From: a virus
Reading direction: 5' to 3' (one strand)
Length of the DNA: 64,000 nucleotides
Virus record (IMG/VR): IMGVR_UViG_3300031566_000021
Both the position numbers and the translations under genes were made by a program. The notes under the pieces are model-generated. The model saw only the letters and a list, made by a program, of their open reading frames with translations, was not told where the DNA came from and searched no databases. Below, in pieces: positions 16,409 through 27,500 of this stretch (position 1 is its first letter; every line of letters starts with the position of its first letter).

Positions 16409-16481
16409 GACGGCACAACGCACAGTTCACTAGTTTGGTACGCTTTTAGTACCACCCAGAAACGAAAAGGAAGGAAGTCAG

Positions 16482-17474
16482 ATGAAGGATGCTCAGCAAC
16501 TCGATGCGTTGGTGCTGAACGAAGGCAGCGGCTTCGGATTTGGATCCGTCGCACAACGTCTCATGCAAAATGGGATGAATATCAACGCCCTACGCACCAA
16601 TGACGTCCTCCGCAAGGAGGAGTGGCTCCTGTTCGATCGCACAGTCGTGGAGATCGCACGGGCACGGCTACTGCTGGTAAGCGATCTCGTCACACGAGGT
16701 CTCACCGTTCCAATCCCGAATGCAATGGGTACGACGGTTATCCAGCATGAGACGTCCAGCGACATGACGGCGGCCAGCCTGACGATGTCAGGGCTTGCGG
16801 ACGCCGAGCGTGATCGACTGGAATTCGCGCAAGTCAACACGCCTCTGCCGATCGCGCACAAGGATTTCCAGGTCAGCGTTCGCAACCTTGAGTCCTCGCG
16901 TCGCCTCGGAATGCCGCTCGACACGTCAATGGCGGCTGTTGCCACTCGTAAGGTGGTGGATCTGCTCGAGAGCATCGTCATGAACGGTGCCACGATCACA
17001 TCCGGAGGTGGTTCGCTCTACGGTTATCGTACCCACCCGAACATCAATACGGGTTCGATTACCGCTTCCTGGTCGTCTGCAACCGGCGCCCAGGTCATGA
17101 CCGATGTTCTGGCCATGATTGCTGCTTTGCAAGCCGACAACATGTTCGGCCCGTACGTCATCTACGTCGACTACGCCGCGTACAACAACCTGTTGAACGA
17201 CTTCAAAGTCGAGAGCGACAAGACGATCCTGCAGCGCATCCTGGAGATTCCCGACGTTACGGCGGTTCGTCCGTCATCGAACGCCACGGCCGGGGAAGCC
17301 CTCATGGTGCAAATGAGCAGCGACGTTGTCGATCTGCTCGAGGGTATGCAGCCGACGACCGTCATGTGGGAAACCCATGGCGGGATGATGATCAACTTCA
17401 AGGTCATGGCAATCATGACGCCGCGCCTCAAGGCGGATCAAGAAGGTCGATCGGGGATCATCCTACTCAGCTAA
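16482..17474 (+). CDS. major capsid protein (HK97 fold, encapsulin/linocin-like)
   Basis: 330 aa, strong RBS and codon bias; LRKEEW..FD..V and PLPI.HKDF...R.L..SR...PLD patterns. Confidence 0.85.
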   Translation: MKDAQQLDALVLNEGSGFGFGSVAQRLMQNGMNINALRTNDVLRKEEWLLFDRTVVEIARARLLLVSDLVTRGLTVPIPNAMGTTVIQHETSSDMTAASLTMSGLADAERDRLEFAQVNTPLPIAHKDFQVSVRNLESSRRLGMPLDTSMAAVATRKVVDLLESIVMNGATITSGGGSLYGYRTHPNINTGSITASWSSATGAQVMTDVLAMIAALQADNMFGPYVIYVDYAAYNNLLNDFKVESDKTILQRILEIPDVTAVRPSSNATAGEALMVQMSSDVVDLLEGMQPTTVMWETHGGMMINFKVMAIMTPRLKADQEGRSGIILLS

Positions 17475-17499
17475 TCCTGGGTTGCCCCACCAAGAGGGA

Positions 17500-17531
17500 A
17501 ACTGGGGGAGTCTTAACCAGCTCCTCCAGTT
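17500..17531 (+). promoter_or_regulatory. stem-loop after MCP (attenuator or mRNA stabiliser)
   Basis: aactgggggag / ctcctccagtt stem with a weak U-tail. Confidence 0.4.
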
Positions 17532-17564
17532 ACCATCCATAGTCCAGCACAAGGAGCACAGATC

Positions 17565-17780
17565 ATGGCAAAGTTCAAGGTTAAAGGCGGTAAACACTAC
17601 GGCCCCGACGGTACAGTCTATCGTAAGGGAGACGTAGTCGAGTCGGACAAGGAGCTCAGTGAGAGTTTCCCGAACAAGTTCGAGCGTTTAGCCTTGAGTT
17701 ACGGCCCGCGGAAGCAGGAACAAGTGGACCAAGTTGCTGCTCTCTCGACCGCTACGAAACCGGCGCTACAACGCCAGTAA
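17565..17780 (+). CDS. small head-associated hypothetical protein
   Basis: AAGGAG RBS; G..Y..GD.VE pattern common right after capsid genes. Confidence 0.65.
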   Translation: MAKFKVKGGKHYGPDGTVYRKGDVVESDKELSESFPNKFERLALSYGPRKQEQVDQVAALSTATKPALQRQ

Positions 17781-17792
17781 CAAGGACAGGTC

Positions 17793-18170
17793 ATGCCAAG
17801 AACGGCAGAAGCTCAGGTTCAGAACCTTATTCAGGTTCCCAATGCTGACGTAGCGTTAGCGATGGATATTGCCGGGGCTATGGTTGACGAGATGTTACCG
17901 TCAACTCTGGGCCTGTCTGAAGTAGTCCTTACCAATATCGAGCTCTTCCTAGCTGCCCATGTCTACGAGCTGCAAACCAAAGATGGTGCACTTGCGGCTC
18001 AGACTATCGGTGAAGCTACCGAGCGGTATCACGATATCTTTGGTCCTGGCTTGTCTTCCACGAAGTACGGACAGATGGCCATTACGTTAGATACGACACT
18101 GACACTCGCAAGAGTGGCGGCAAATGTAGCAACCCCCAACAAGCAAGATGCACGATTCTTAGTCATATAG
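17793..18170 (+). CDS. head-tail adaptor (DUF4054-like)
   Basis: IELFLAAH and L.STKYGQ motifs, synteny. Confidence 0.75.
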   Translation: MPRTAEAQVQNLIQVPNADVALAMDIAGAMVDEMLPSTLGLSEVVLTNIELFLAAHVYELQTKDGALAAQTIGEATERYHDIFGPGLSSTKYGQMAITLDTTLTLARVAANVATPNKQDARFLVI

Positions 18171-18184
18171 TCAAGGAGACAGTC

Positions 18185-19798
18185 ATGACAGGTACAGCAC
18201 GCGGTAGTTTCATCGGGCGAGCCCCGACGGTTCTAATACAACCAGCTCCGCCGAAAAAGGGGAATGGTCAGCTGTTCGGCAATCCAGAGCAGTTGAAGTA
18301 CGAGAAGATGTGGGCCCACGAGCAATATCGGGCAGTAGCTCCGGGCGAAAACTGTGCTCAGCTTTTCCTGGCTGAAGCGCGTCCTCCTGCTGGGGCTCAT
18401 GTCATCGACTTCGGTTGCGGTACTGGACGAGGAGCTATCGCGCTCGCGATGTTCGGCAAAGTCAAGGTAACTCTGGTGGATTTCGCCATCAATTGCCTCG
18501 ATCCCTTCGTCTACAAGGCTCTATCGAATCAGGGTGACACGCTGAAATTCATCCAGGCAGACCTCGAAAAGCCGCTGCCTGTTGCTGCACAATATGGCTT
18601 CTGCACCGATGTGATGGAGCACATCCCCGAAGACAAGGTGGAGATCGTGCTCAAGAACATCATGAAGGCCGCGGAGTACGTGTTCTTCCAAATCAGTACC
18701 ACCGATGATGCCTGTGGAGTGCTAATCGGCGAGAAACTCCACCTTACAGTCAAGCCGCCTGCTTGGTGGTCCTTGAAGTTCCGGAACTTGGGAGCCCAAG
18801 TTAACTGGTACAAGGAGTACGACAACTGCGTGATGCTCTACGCTACGGCGTGGAATAGCGCCAGAGAGATCGCCATCCGCGGCACCTTGAACACGGTTAA
18901 GGAAAAGCTCATCGAGAACATCCAGCTCAGCACCAAGCGAGGCTGGCCTCAGATGATCCCTCACGATCGTCAGGATCGCCCCGCTCTGGTTTTGTGTGGT
19001 GGCCCATCCCTGAACGATTATGCAGACGAAATCCGGCAGAAGCGTGAAGGGGGACATTCCCTCATAACCGTTAATGGCGCCTACAAATGGGCCCTAGACC
19101 ACGGGATGGTCCCCTCTGCTCAGGTTATGCTGGACGGTCGAGAGTTCAACAAGCGATTCCTGGAGCCAATCGTCGAGAACTGCCACTATTTCATCGCGAG
19201 CCACTGCGACCCAGCAACCTTCGATATGGTTCCGAAGGGTAAGGGGCTCATCTGGCACTGCGTCGATAACGAGGAACTAGCTGCCCCTCTGAACGAGCAC
19301 TACGGAGAAGGCGCCTGGTTCTACGTCCCCGGCGGTTCCACAGTAGTCCTTCGTACTATCGTCCTGCTACGTATGCTCGGTGTATGGCGTCAAGAGCTCT
19401 ATGGCTTCGACTCCTGCCTGAAGGAGAGCTGGGTATGCCAACAGGCTGATGGCTCACTAGTCAAGCACGACACCCTTGGGCATATCCTCGAGTACAATAC
19501 CAAGGAAGAAGCGCAACAGGCTTCGGACACTCTATCGAACGATTTCGGAGTGCCGAATGTAGCAGTTTCCAAGTATGGACATCACGCCTACGAACAGAAG
19601 GAAAACGACGGACAAAGCGTGGTCAAGGTTACTTGTGGCGGAAGGATCTTCTACTGCAACACGTGGATGGTCTCTCAAGCACACGAGTTCATGGACCAGG
19701 TGAAGTTCATGGGGAACGAGGTTGAGTTAGCCGTCCATGGAGATGGCCTTATCGCGCACATCATCAAGACGGGCGCGGAACTACCTGACAAGGAGTAA
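18185..19798 (+). CDS. fusion of class I SAM methyltransferase and Maf/DUF115 (MptE-like) domain
   Basis: VIDFGCGTG, CTDVMEHIP, HLTV...WW; then VLCGGPSL, ITVNGA, GGSTV, LYGFDS. Confidence 0.75.
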   Translation: MTGTARGSFIGRAPTVLIQPAPPKKGNGQLFGNPEQLKYEKMWAHEQYRAVAPGENCAQLFLAEARPPAGAHVIDFGCGTGRGAIALAMFGKVKVTLVDFAINCLDPFVYKALSNQGDTLKFIQADLEKPLPVAAQYGFCTDVMEHIPEDKVEIVLKNIMKAAEYVFFQISTTDDACGVLIGEKLHLTVKPPAWWSLKFRNLGAQVNWYKEYDNCVMLYATAWNSAREIAIRGTLNTVKEKLIENIQLSTKRGWPQMIPHDRQDRPALVLCGGPSLNDYADEIRQKREGGHSLITVNGAYKWALDHGMVPSAQVMLDGREFNKRFLEPIVENCHYFIASHCDPATFDMVPKGKGLIWHCVDNEELAAPLNEHYGEGAWFYVPGGSTVVLRTIVLLRMLGVWRQELYGFDSCLKESWVCQQADGSLVKHDTLGHILEYNTKEEAQQASDTLSNDFGVPNVAVSKYGHHAYEQKENDGQSVVKVTCGGRIFYCNTWMVSQAHEFMDQVKFMGNEVELAVHGDGLIAHIIKTGAELPDKE

Positions 19799-19804
19799 GG
19801 AAAG

Positions 19805-20239
19805 ATGGCTGCAACAGCATGGGCGGTATACAACCAAGCGAAGCGCAAAATCGGGGATGGTGTCATTCAGCTGGGCACCGATATCTTCAAGGTGCAGCTG
19901 CACAAGAGCACCTCGAACGCGTCGGTCGCGACGCTATCCACGGCTGCCTCGGTCACCAACGAGGTAAACAACGCCAACGGCTACGTCACGGGCGGGCAAT
20001 CGCTCTTGACTCGGTCTTGGGTAGTTGGAGCGTCAGCAGGTCAGTACAAGTTCGATGCTGCCGATCCTCTCTGGACAGCAACTGGTGGCAATATCACCAG
20101 CATCATGTTCGCGCTGATCAAGAACTCAGCCGGCCAAGCGGTATGCTGGTCGAAGTTGACTGCAGCGGCGTTCGCGCTGACGCAGAACAACACGCTGACG
20201 ATCCAGATGCACGCGAACGGGATCTTCACGCTGGCGTAG
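19805..20239 (+). CDS. small structural protein (putative fibre anchor or decoration)
   Basis: TD.FKV.L...E....GY..GG..L...FDAAD..W...TIQ..A.GIF pattern of a recurrent phage family; terminator follows. Confidence 0.65.
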   Translation: MAATAWAVYNQAKRKIGDGVIQLGTDIFKVQLHKSTSNASVATLSTAASVTNEVNNANGYVTGGQSLLTRSWVVGASAGQYKFDAADPLWTATGGNITSIMFALIKNSAGQAVCWSKLTAAAFALTQNNTLTIQMHANGIFTLA

Positions 20240-20255
20240 CAGCGAGCATTCGGGC

Positions 20256-20285
20256 ACCGAGGGGCATATTGCTCCTCGGTTTCTC
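20256..20285 (+). terminator. probable intrinsic terminator
   Basis: accgagg-ggca-tat-tgct-cctcggt followed by ttct. Confidence 0.6.
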
Positions 20286-20408
20286 GACTAGTACGGCGAC
20301 ATAGTACGCTAGTACGCTAAACGACGGAACCGAACTTTAACGCACACTGAACAGACATACGGGACCAAGATCATGCCGGCAGCTAAGGTACCTCTCGAAC
20401 GGTAACGT

Positions 20409-21284
20409 ATGGCTATCGCCTTCAGATCATCCACCGAAGCCGGGACGGGAGCGGCAGCAGCTAGTCTCGCTGTCAACGTTCCTGCCGGTGTGCAGGACGA
20501 TGACCTGTTATTGTTGTACGGCGTAACAGCCGATGGCGACGACGGTGGCTTCAACACGCTCACCGGCTGGAACCAGATCGTCAACAACGTGTTGACCGGA
20601 GGTGCCGCGCCTTCTCCGCCGGGGATAACGGTCTGGTGGCGCATTGCTTCGAGCGAGCCTGCAAGCTACACGATTACCCCGTCATTCGGTTCTACGGGTA
20701 TCTGCGGAAAGATGCTCGCGTTCACCGGAGTCGATACGACGACACCGATTGATGTCACCACGGTCACGGCCACAGGTGACAGTACAAACGCGGACCCCGG
20801 CTCGATCGACTATCTGGACGCTGGTGCAACGATTGTCGTTTCCGCTGTATGGGATTCGGCAGGTGGTGACTTCACTTCCGTTCCATCTGGCTACACCGAT
20901 CCCGACACGCTGGGCGACATCGTTGCCAACGGCGGAGGTAATGGAGGTTCGCTTGCGTGTGCCTACGATCTGACGCCGGCCGCTGATCCAGAGAATCCGC
21001 CTGCGTTTACATCTGGTACCGAACAGTGGGTGTGCACCACAGTCGCGCTTCGTCCCGCTGTCGCATACACGACCGAGCAGGATAGCTTCCGCTTCTACGA
21101 CGACGGAACCGAGTCTGGCTCGACGGCGCTTGAAGCGCAGAACGTCGATCTCGGCATTGGAAAGGAGACGACGTTCCACCTCCGAGTCGGCGGACAGATG
21201 ACGGGTGATGCCCCGGCGATCTCGGCCGAGTTGCAATACAAGGAAACATCGGACGCCGCGAGCGAGTGGCGCAAGGTGCCGTAA
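20409..21284 (+). CDS. putative minor structural beta-sandwich protein
   Basis: VPAGVQDDDLLL...GW...VWWRIA..EPASYT...AFTGVD..PID pattern; Gly/Thr/Ala-rich. Confidence 0.65.
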   Translation: MAIAFRSSTEAGTGAAAASLAVNVPAGVQDDDLLLLYGVTADGDDGGFNTLTGWNQIVNNVLTGGAAPSPPGITVWWRIASSEPASYTITPSFGSTGICGKMLAFTGVDTTTPIDVTTVTATGDSTNADPGSIDYLDAGATIVVSAVWDSAGGDFTSVPSGYTDPDTLGDIVANGGGNGGSLACAYDLTPAADPENPPAFTSGTEQWVCTTVALRPAVAYTTEQDSFRFYDDGTESGSTALEAQNVDLGIGKETTFHLRVGGQMTGDAPAISAELQYKETSDAASEWRKVP

Positions 21285-21550
21285 TGGGCCAAGAGACACA
21301 AAAAGACGAGCCAATCTGGTACTACGAGTGGGACGTGGCCTCGAACGACCCCATTCGGTATGCAGGTGTCATTCGTGTCGTTGTTGAAACTGACAGGAAC
21401 GGCACCGAGCATTTGACGATCGACGACCCCAACGCTCCCGGCGGCAAGCGAAACATCAACAACGTGAAGAACATCGAGCAGTGGGACCACCGCAAAGACC
21501 TAAACGCTCAGAGCTACTGGGAACGCGCTGACGAGAGCTGGACACCGTAA
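21284..21550 (+). CDS. hypothetical acidic protein
   Basis: TAATG coupling at both ends. Confidence 0.65.
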   Translation: MGQETQKDEPIWYYEWDVASNDPIRYAGVIRVVVETDRNGTEHLTIDDPNAPGGKRNINNVKNIEQWDHRKDLNAQSYWERADESWTP

Positions 21551-24500
21551 TGGCCGTTCGCTTAAACACCGCCGCATCAAGCAATACCGATAGCTTCAGC
21601 TACTCGGTTAGCGCGGGAAACAATCGCTGCCTAATCGTCGGGATTACGCAGGAGGTTGCAAGTCCATCGCAGCCGACCGTTGCCTACGGCGGTCAGTCGA
21701 TGACGCATGTCGTTGGGATCGCGGTGGGTGATGCCACCGACCAGCGAGTTGATCTGTTCTTTCTGAATGACGCCGGCATTCAAGCGGCGAGCGGCACCAC
21801 GATTGTCGTCACGGGCGAGCCTGCGGCGTTCACGATCAATGCAGCTTCGTATGAGAACTGCGTACAAACCACGCCCACGGTCACCGACACACACGCCTCG
21901 ACCGGGGCGGGTACTACCACCCTCGACATCACGTCGTCAGACACGTCGGTTGCGGTGTGTCTCGGCGGCATGGGCAACTCTGGTACGGTCGCGTGGTCTG
22001 GCGGAGTTACCGAGCAGACCGAGCAAGTTGACGTTGGTGCGACTACGACTGGCTCGCTTGCTGATGAGGAGGTCACGACCGGCGCGGCGGAAAACTACGT
22101 AGGCACTTGGACTACGGCCAACCGGCGAGCGGGCTGCGCACTGATCCTTGCGAACCTGCCGGCGGAGGGAATCACAGGTGTCGTGCCGTCCGAGTTCGAC
22201 ATGGACACGGCCGATGTCGATGTCGATGGGCTGAACTTCGGAGCATCGCAAGGCTCAGCCACGGTCTACCTGTCGGATGCCAACACCCTCGCGGGGAGCG
22301 CGAATGAGGTAGACATCACCAGCGCGGTCAATACGTGGTCCGACACGCAGGTCAACCTCGATCTCACGCAGTTGTCCGCCGGAGAACTCGCCAGCCTTCA
22401 TACACTGGGGCCGGGGCAGCGGTTCGTCATCATCCTGACGGATGCTTCTGACGAGTACGGGTCTGCGGCGATCACGCTGCACCGCCCGCAAGGCTTCCAG
22501 ATGGTGTTGGGGGCAGCGACCCCAGGTACGACGACGCAGCGCCTCACTGGAATGTCCGGCACGTTCGGCGGTGGCCGAATCGAGGAGACGGCGGCCCAGA
22601 ACCCATCGACCACGAATACTGACGTTGCCAACAACGGCAACCGCGAGGACGTGTGGTCGATTGAGGCGAAGGTCAACTCGCGCGCGGTTCAATACGACTT
22701 CCGAGTCCTGTATGACGGTGAAGTTGCCGACACGATCACGCAGACGCCGCAGGTCACGATCTCCGCCGGGGAGAACATACCCGTCGGCGCAGGTGCACTT
22801 ACTCTGGTCGGTCATGCGCCGACTGCGTCCGTAGCTTCGAGTATTGCCGTCGACGCGGGCTCCGCGGCTATCACCGGCTGGGCGCCGACTGTGTCCGTAG
22901 CCTCGAGTATCGCCGTCGACGACGGCGCTCTAGCTCTAGTCGGTCTGGTACCGACTCTTGCTCTGTCCGATCATATCACGCGTGCCCCTGCAGAGGACGT
23001 ACTCGCATTCGGAGGATTAGTACCCTCCATCGTCATAGGAGTGGTCTTCACTCCGGGAGTGCCCGTTGTCCAGAAGTTGGGCGCTGTGGATATTGGCACC
23101 TTCGGGCTCCCCCTCGAGGGCACGTTTACCAAAGAGGGCACGGTGTTTCCCGTCAGCGTGCCTATCGTGCTCGATCATGTAGACTTCAACCTCAGGAAGG
23201 AAGGATCTCCCACAGGGAACCTCGTCATAGAGGTGTACCTCTGCAACGAGGGTAATAGCTATGTCGGCTATTACCCGGCGTACTTAGACAGCCCGGTTGC
23301 CACATCTACCACTACGTTGGACGTGTCTACTCTCACCGGCACGCTTACACTGTACACGCTAGATTTCGCCGGCGAGGTTCTGCCCCCCGGTATTTACGCG
23401 TTTGTAGCTACCTATAACGACGGCGACCCCGACAACTACGTTGAGACCCAGATATTCTTCAATAGAAATCCGAACGCTATAGGCGGCTACCAGCAGATTA
23501 TAGAGTACACAGAGCCTGACGATCCGTTTAGCTGGTATCCATCCTTCGGAGGGTGGGATTCAGGTACACAGCCGGCTACTTCAGACGGCACCGAGATGCT
23601 CGTCTTCGTCCGCGGGCTGAGCATCATGGGGCAGTTGCCCAGGCTGGTCGTAACTGAGCTTCTTCCTGTAGGAGGCGCTGGCACTATTACGATTGAAGGG
23701 CTAGCTCCGACACTATCGGACAGCTTGCACCCCAACATTGCGGTGGATAAGGCTGATCTCGTACTCGCCACCTACGCACCTACTCTGGACTTCAAGGACA
23801 AGTACGTCTTCCCCGATGCTGCCGAGCACGATTTTATACTGCATCCGCAGACAGTCGGCTTCTTTAATTTTATAGGTATAGACAGCCGCGGTGAGGTCTT
23901 TCGTAGTCCTGAGGGCGGCATATTGCGCCGCGTGGACTTCCTGCTGGCGAAGAACGGAGGGCCTGTAGGAACTGTTATCGCGCGCCTGTACGCGGCCGAC
24001 ACGGGGGACTTCGACGCGTTAACCGCTAACCCCGCTAACGGTGCGTCTCCGCTCGCCTCGTCGACGAATACCTTCGACGCTGCCACAGACATATCTTTAT
24101 CCGCGAATACATTCCGATTTGACTTCGCTGGGTACAGACTCGAGCCAAACACGCCGTACGCCATAGTGGTGGAGTTCACCGGTTCCGGCGTTGGCGACCA
24201 CCTCACGATGTATGTGTGGCAGCCAAAGACATTCCCTGGCTACCACACGAGGGGATTCCCCAGCGGGGCGTGGAATCAGGTTACCAACACGAATACCACT
24301 ATGCGGCTCGTCGTAGAGTCGCTACACATCTCTGGACAAACTCCTGTAGTCGGTATCAATCTAACTTCGATATCCCCCGCTCAGGATACTCTACTCTTCG
24401 CCGGCCTGGCACCATCGCTCCTGCTGCAGCCATCTCAGCCAAGCGAGGGTACACTAGTCTTCACGGGATTTGCTCCAACTGTACTCGCCGCCCCCGTTGT

Positions 24501-27500
24501 TAAGCCTGACGAGGGTATTCTCACACTCACGGGTTATGCTCCTGACGTCGGGATCATCTATATTACGGAGCCTGCTGAGGACACCTTAGTCCTTACTGGG
24601 GAGATACCAGTCTCGCTGGTTGGCGAGCGCGTGCGGCCAGGCGAAGATACGCTAGCACTGACAGGAGAAATACCCACTGTAGAGATCAGCTATCGGTTTG
24701 CTCCGGCGGAAGACGTACTTGCCCTCACTGGTGAAGTACCCAGTGTTGAGCTCGATTATACCTTAAGCCCTGCTGAAGATACACTTGCCTTCAGCGGGTT
24801 GGCTCCCTCGGTTGGGATCAGCTATTTCCTCTCGCCCGGAGTAGGTGCTCTCAATATCACACAACGGCAGCCGTATATCAAGCCGACGCTGATTGGTACG
24901 TATACCACGGCTCTTCGTCAGCAGTCCCTCGCTCAGAGCGACACCGTAGATATTCCAGAGGGCACCGAGCTAGTTATCGTGGCTGTGTCTTCGTGGAACT
25001 ACTTTACCGCAGGTTTAAAGAGAGAGGGCGCAGCCGTTCTTGGCGGAAAGGACATGCTGGACATTGCCAATCTGCCCCAGACTGGTAGTGGTGTACTGAA
25101 TGGCGAGATCGTTACTAAGATCGGGTATGCAACCAGCATCTGGATAAGCTATTTACTCAACCCCGCACCGGGGCCACAGACTCTGGCATACACGTGGAAT
25201 AGTAGCTACCACATTTCAGACCCGTCGTGGGATCTCATTTATCCAGACGAGGTGACATATCTGTTCTACGCAGGTATGCGCAAGGACGGTGTTGTCGTTC
25301 GCGATGTGTCGTATGCCAACGACGAGGTGCTTATTGATCTATGGGTGGAGGTCGCAGCGACCGTCGATTCGCGCGCTACTGACTTGGTCTGCGGGTTTCT
25401 CACGTCCTATAGCTGGGTCTGGAACGACTACGACCTGCGTCCTAGTGTCACCGAGAATATCCTCACAGACGAGGTGTACACCGGACAGACGGAGATAAGC
25501 CATACCGGCCCGACTCTTGACCGTGGTGGAGAGTCGGGTGGTATCACCGTGGGTGTGGTAGACGCCCCCGGTAGTACCACCTCCACCATGAAGGGTGTAG
25601 CAGACTACACGCAGCTAGTTGTGCTGTCGCTGCGCGGAGCGAACGATCAGGACAGGTTCCTATACGGACCGGCTACGGCTGTAGCTACCTTCACCGGGGA
25701 GATTCCCACAATTGTCACCACAGGAGTAGCTCTGACGATACCTGTGGATGCCGGGATACTCGGAATATCCTCGGACGTCGTCGTCTCGGAGGCGGGTCCG
25801 TCCGTCGTAGCTCCTGTCGATGCTGCTCTCGCTATCGCAGGGGCGATCCCGACGGTGTTTGTCAGTACGTTCACGCTGCTCGGCACGGTTCTAATTGACC
25901 AATGTCTCGAGCTAATCCTCGTTGATGAGGCTACCGGCGTAGTCCCCGGAGCTCCTGTCACGGTTACCAAGTCCGTCACGGTGCCGGTTGGTACGACTCT
26001 AGCGATTGTCTTCTCCGCCCAGTATAACGCGGTAGAAAATATCTCTGTCACGGGTATTTCGCTCGGCGGCCAAGCTCTGGAGACGGCTTCCCTTGATGGG
26101 GCGCTGGTGGTTCTTTTTTGGGGTCCGTATATAGCGTATCTACGCAGTCCGCCCACCGGTGCGCAGGATCTGGCTGTGTCGTACAACGTCCCGATCTCGC
26201 AGTCGCCCCACATCCACGTAGCCTTCTACTCGGGTACTCACCCTACCTTTGCCCCGCGCGGAGTAGCTTTTGACCGCCACGGCTATTTCCCGGGCGAGGC
26301 AGGGTCGGTAGATATCGCCTCGAGGTCCGACGATCTGGTCGTGGCCGGGATAGTGGGGTGGTACGGGTTTACTGACGTCGCTCCTGCAGGGTCGAATCAG
26401 CACGTAATAGCACAGGCAAACTCAGGACCTAGGTACTGGCCCTTCACCTTCGACGGCTTCGACGCCTACAACGACCCCCACTGGGACGGGTACGAGCACA
26501 CCTACTCGTCCTTCATAAGGGAGTACCCGCCCGCCGACGGTCTATCTACCATCCACAATACAGTCTCCGGATCTGAGGGCTTCACGACTATCGCCGCGTT
26601 GGCGTTCCCGTCTATCAACTCGACGGAGCAGGTGTTCTGGGTGGCTCCGGATACGCTGGCCTTCACAGGGGAGATCCCGTCCTTACTAGTCGGTGAGATT
26701 GTTGTTCCGGACGAAGATACCCTCGTCCTTACTGGCCAGATCCCAGTAGTAGACGTCCAGTCGTTCGACAAGGTATTCGAGCCTGCTGAAGATATACTAG
26801 TTATTGCTGGTGAAGTTCCTGTTGTCCAAGCCGGACAAGGGGCTTTCCCACAACCAGGCGTTGGTACACTAGCTATCACAGGTCTCGCGCCTAGTATCGA
26901 GATCAGCTATACCTTCAAGCCTGCTGAAGATACCCTACAGATTACAGGAGAGCAGCCCACAGCTTCGGTTAATCTCCTGGTCGCTCCGGGCCCTGACACC
27001 CTCCTCCTCGTAGGCGAGCAACCCATTGTCTCCCAGGGCCTCGTCTATACTCCGGGTGCCGGGGCCCTCCAGCTAACTGGTCAACAACCAAGTGCGGAAA
27101 TTGACTACACCATTGAAGTGCCGGTTGGTAGTTTGGCCTTCACTGGTCGTATCCCCGTATCGCAATCCGGAGATGACCAAACATCCCAGCCGGATGAAGA
27201 TGTACTCCAGATTATAGGCCTCGTCCCATCGGTCGAGGTTAGCTATCGCTTCACACCGGCAGAAGATACACTATCGCTCACCGGCCTCACACCTCTATGC
27301 ACGATCCAGCTCTACACATTCCCAGGAGTAGCTGCACTCGCGTTCACAGGTCAGGAGCCTAGCAACGATGTAAGCTACACCTTTACTCCGGGCGAAGACA
27401 CCCTCGACTTTACGGGTCTCGTCCCAGTTGTAGCTATCGGCGTTATTCGTCAGCCGGGAGAAGATACCCTAGCCCTCACAGGCCAACAGCCGAGCGTAGG

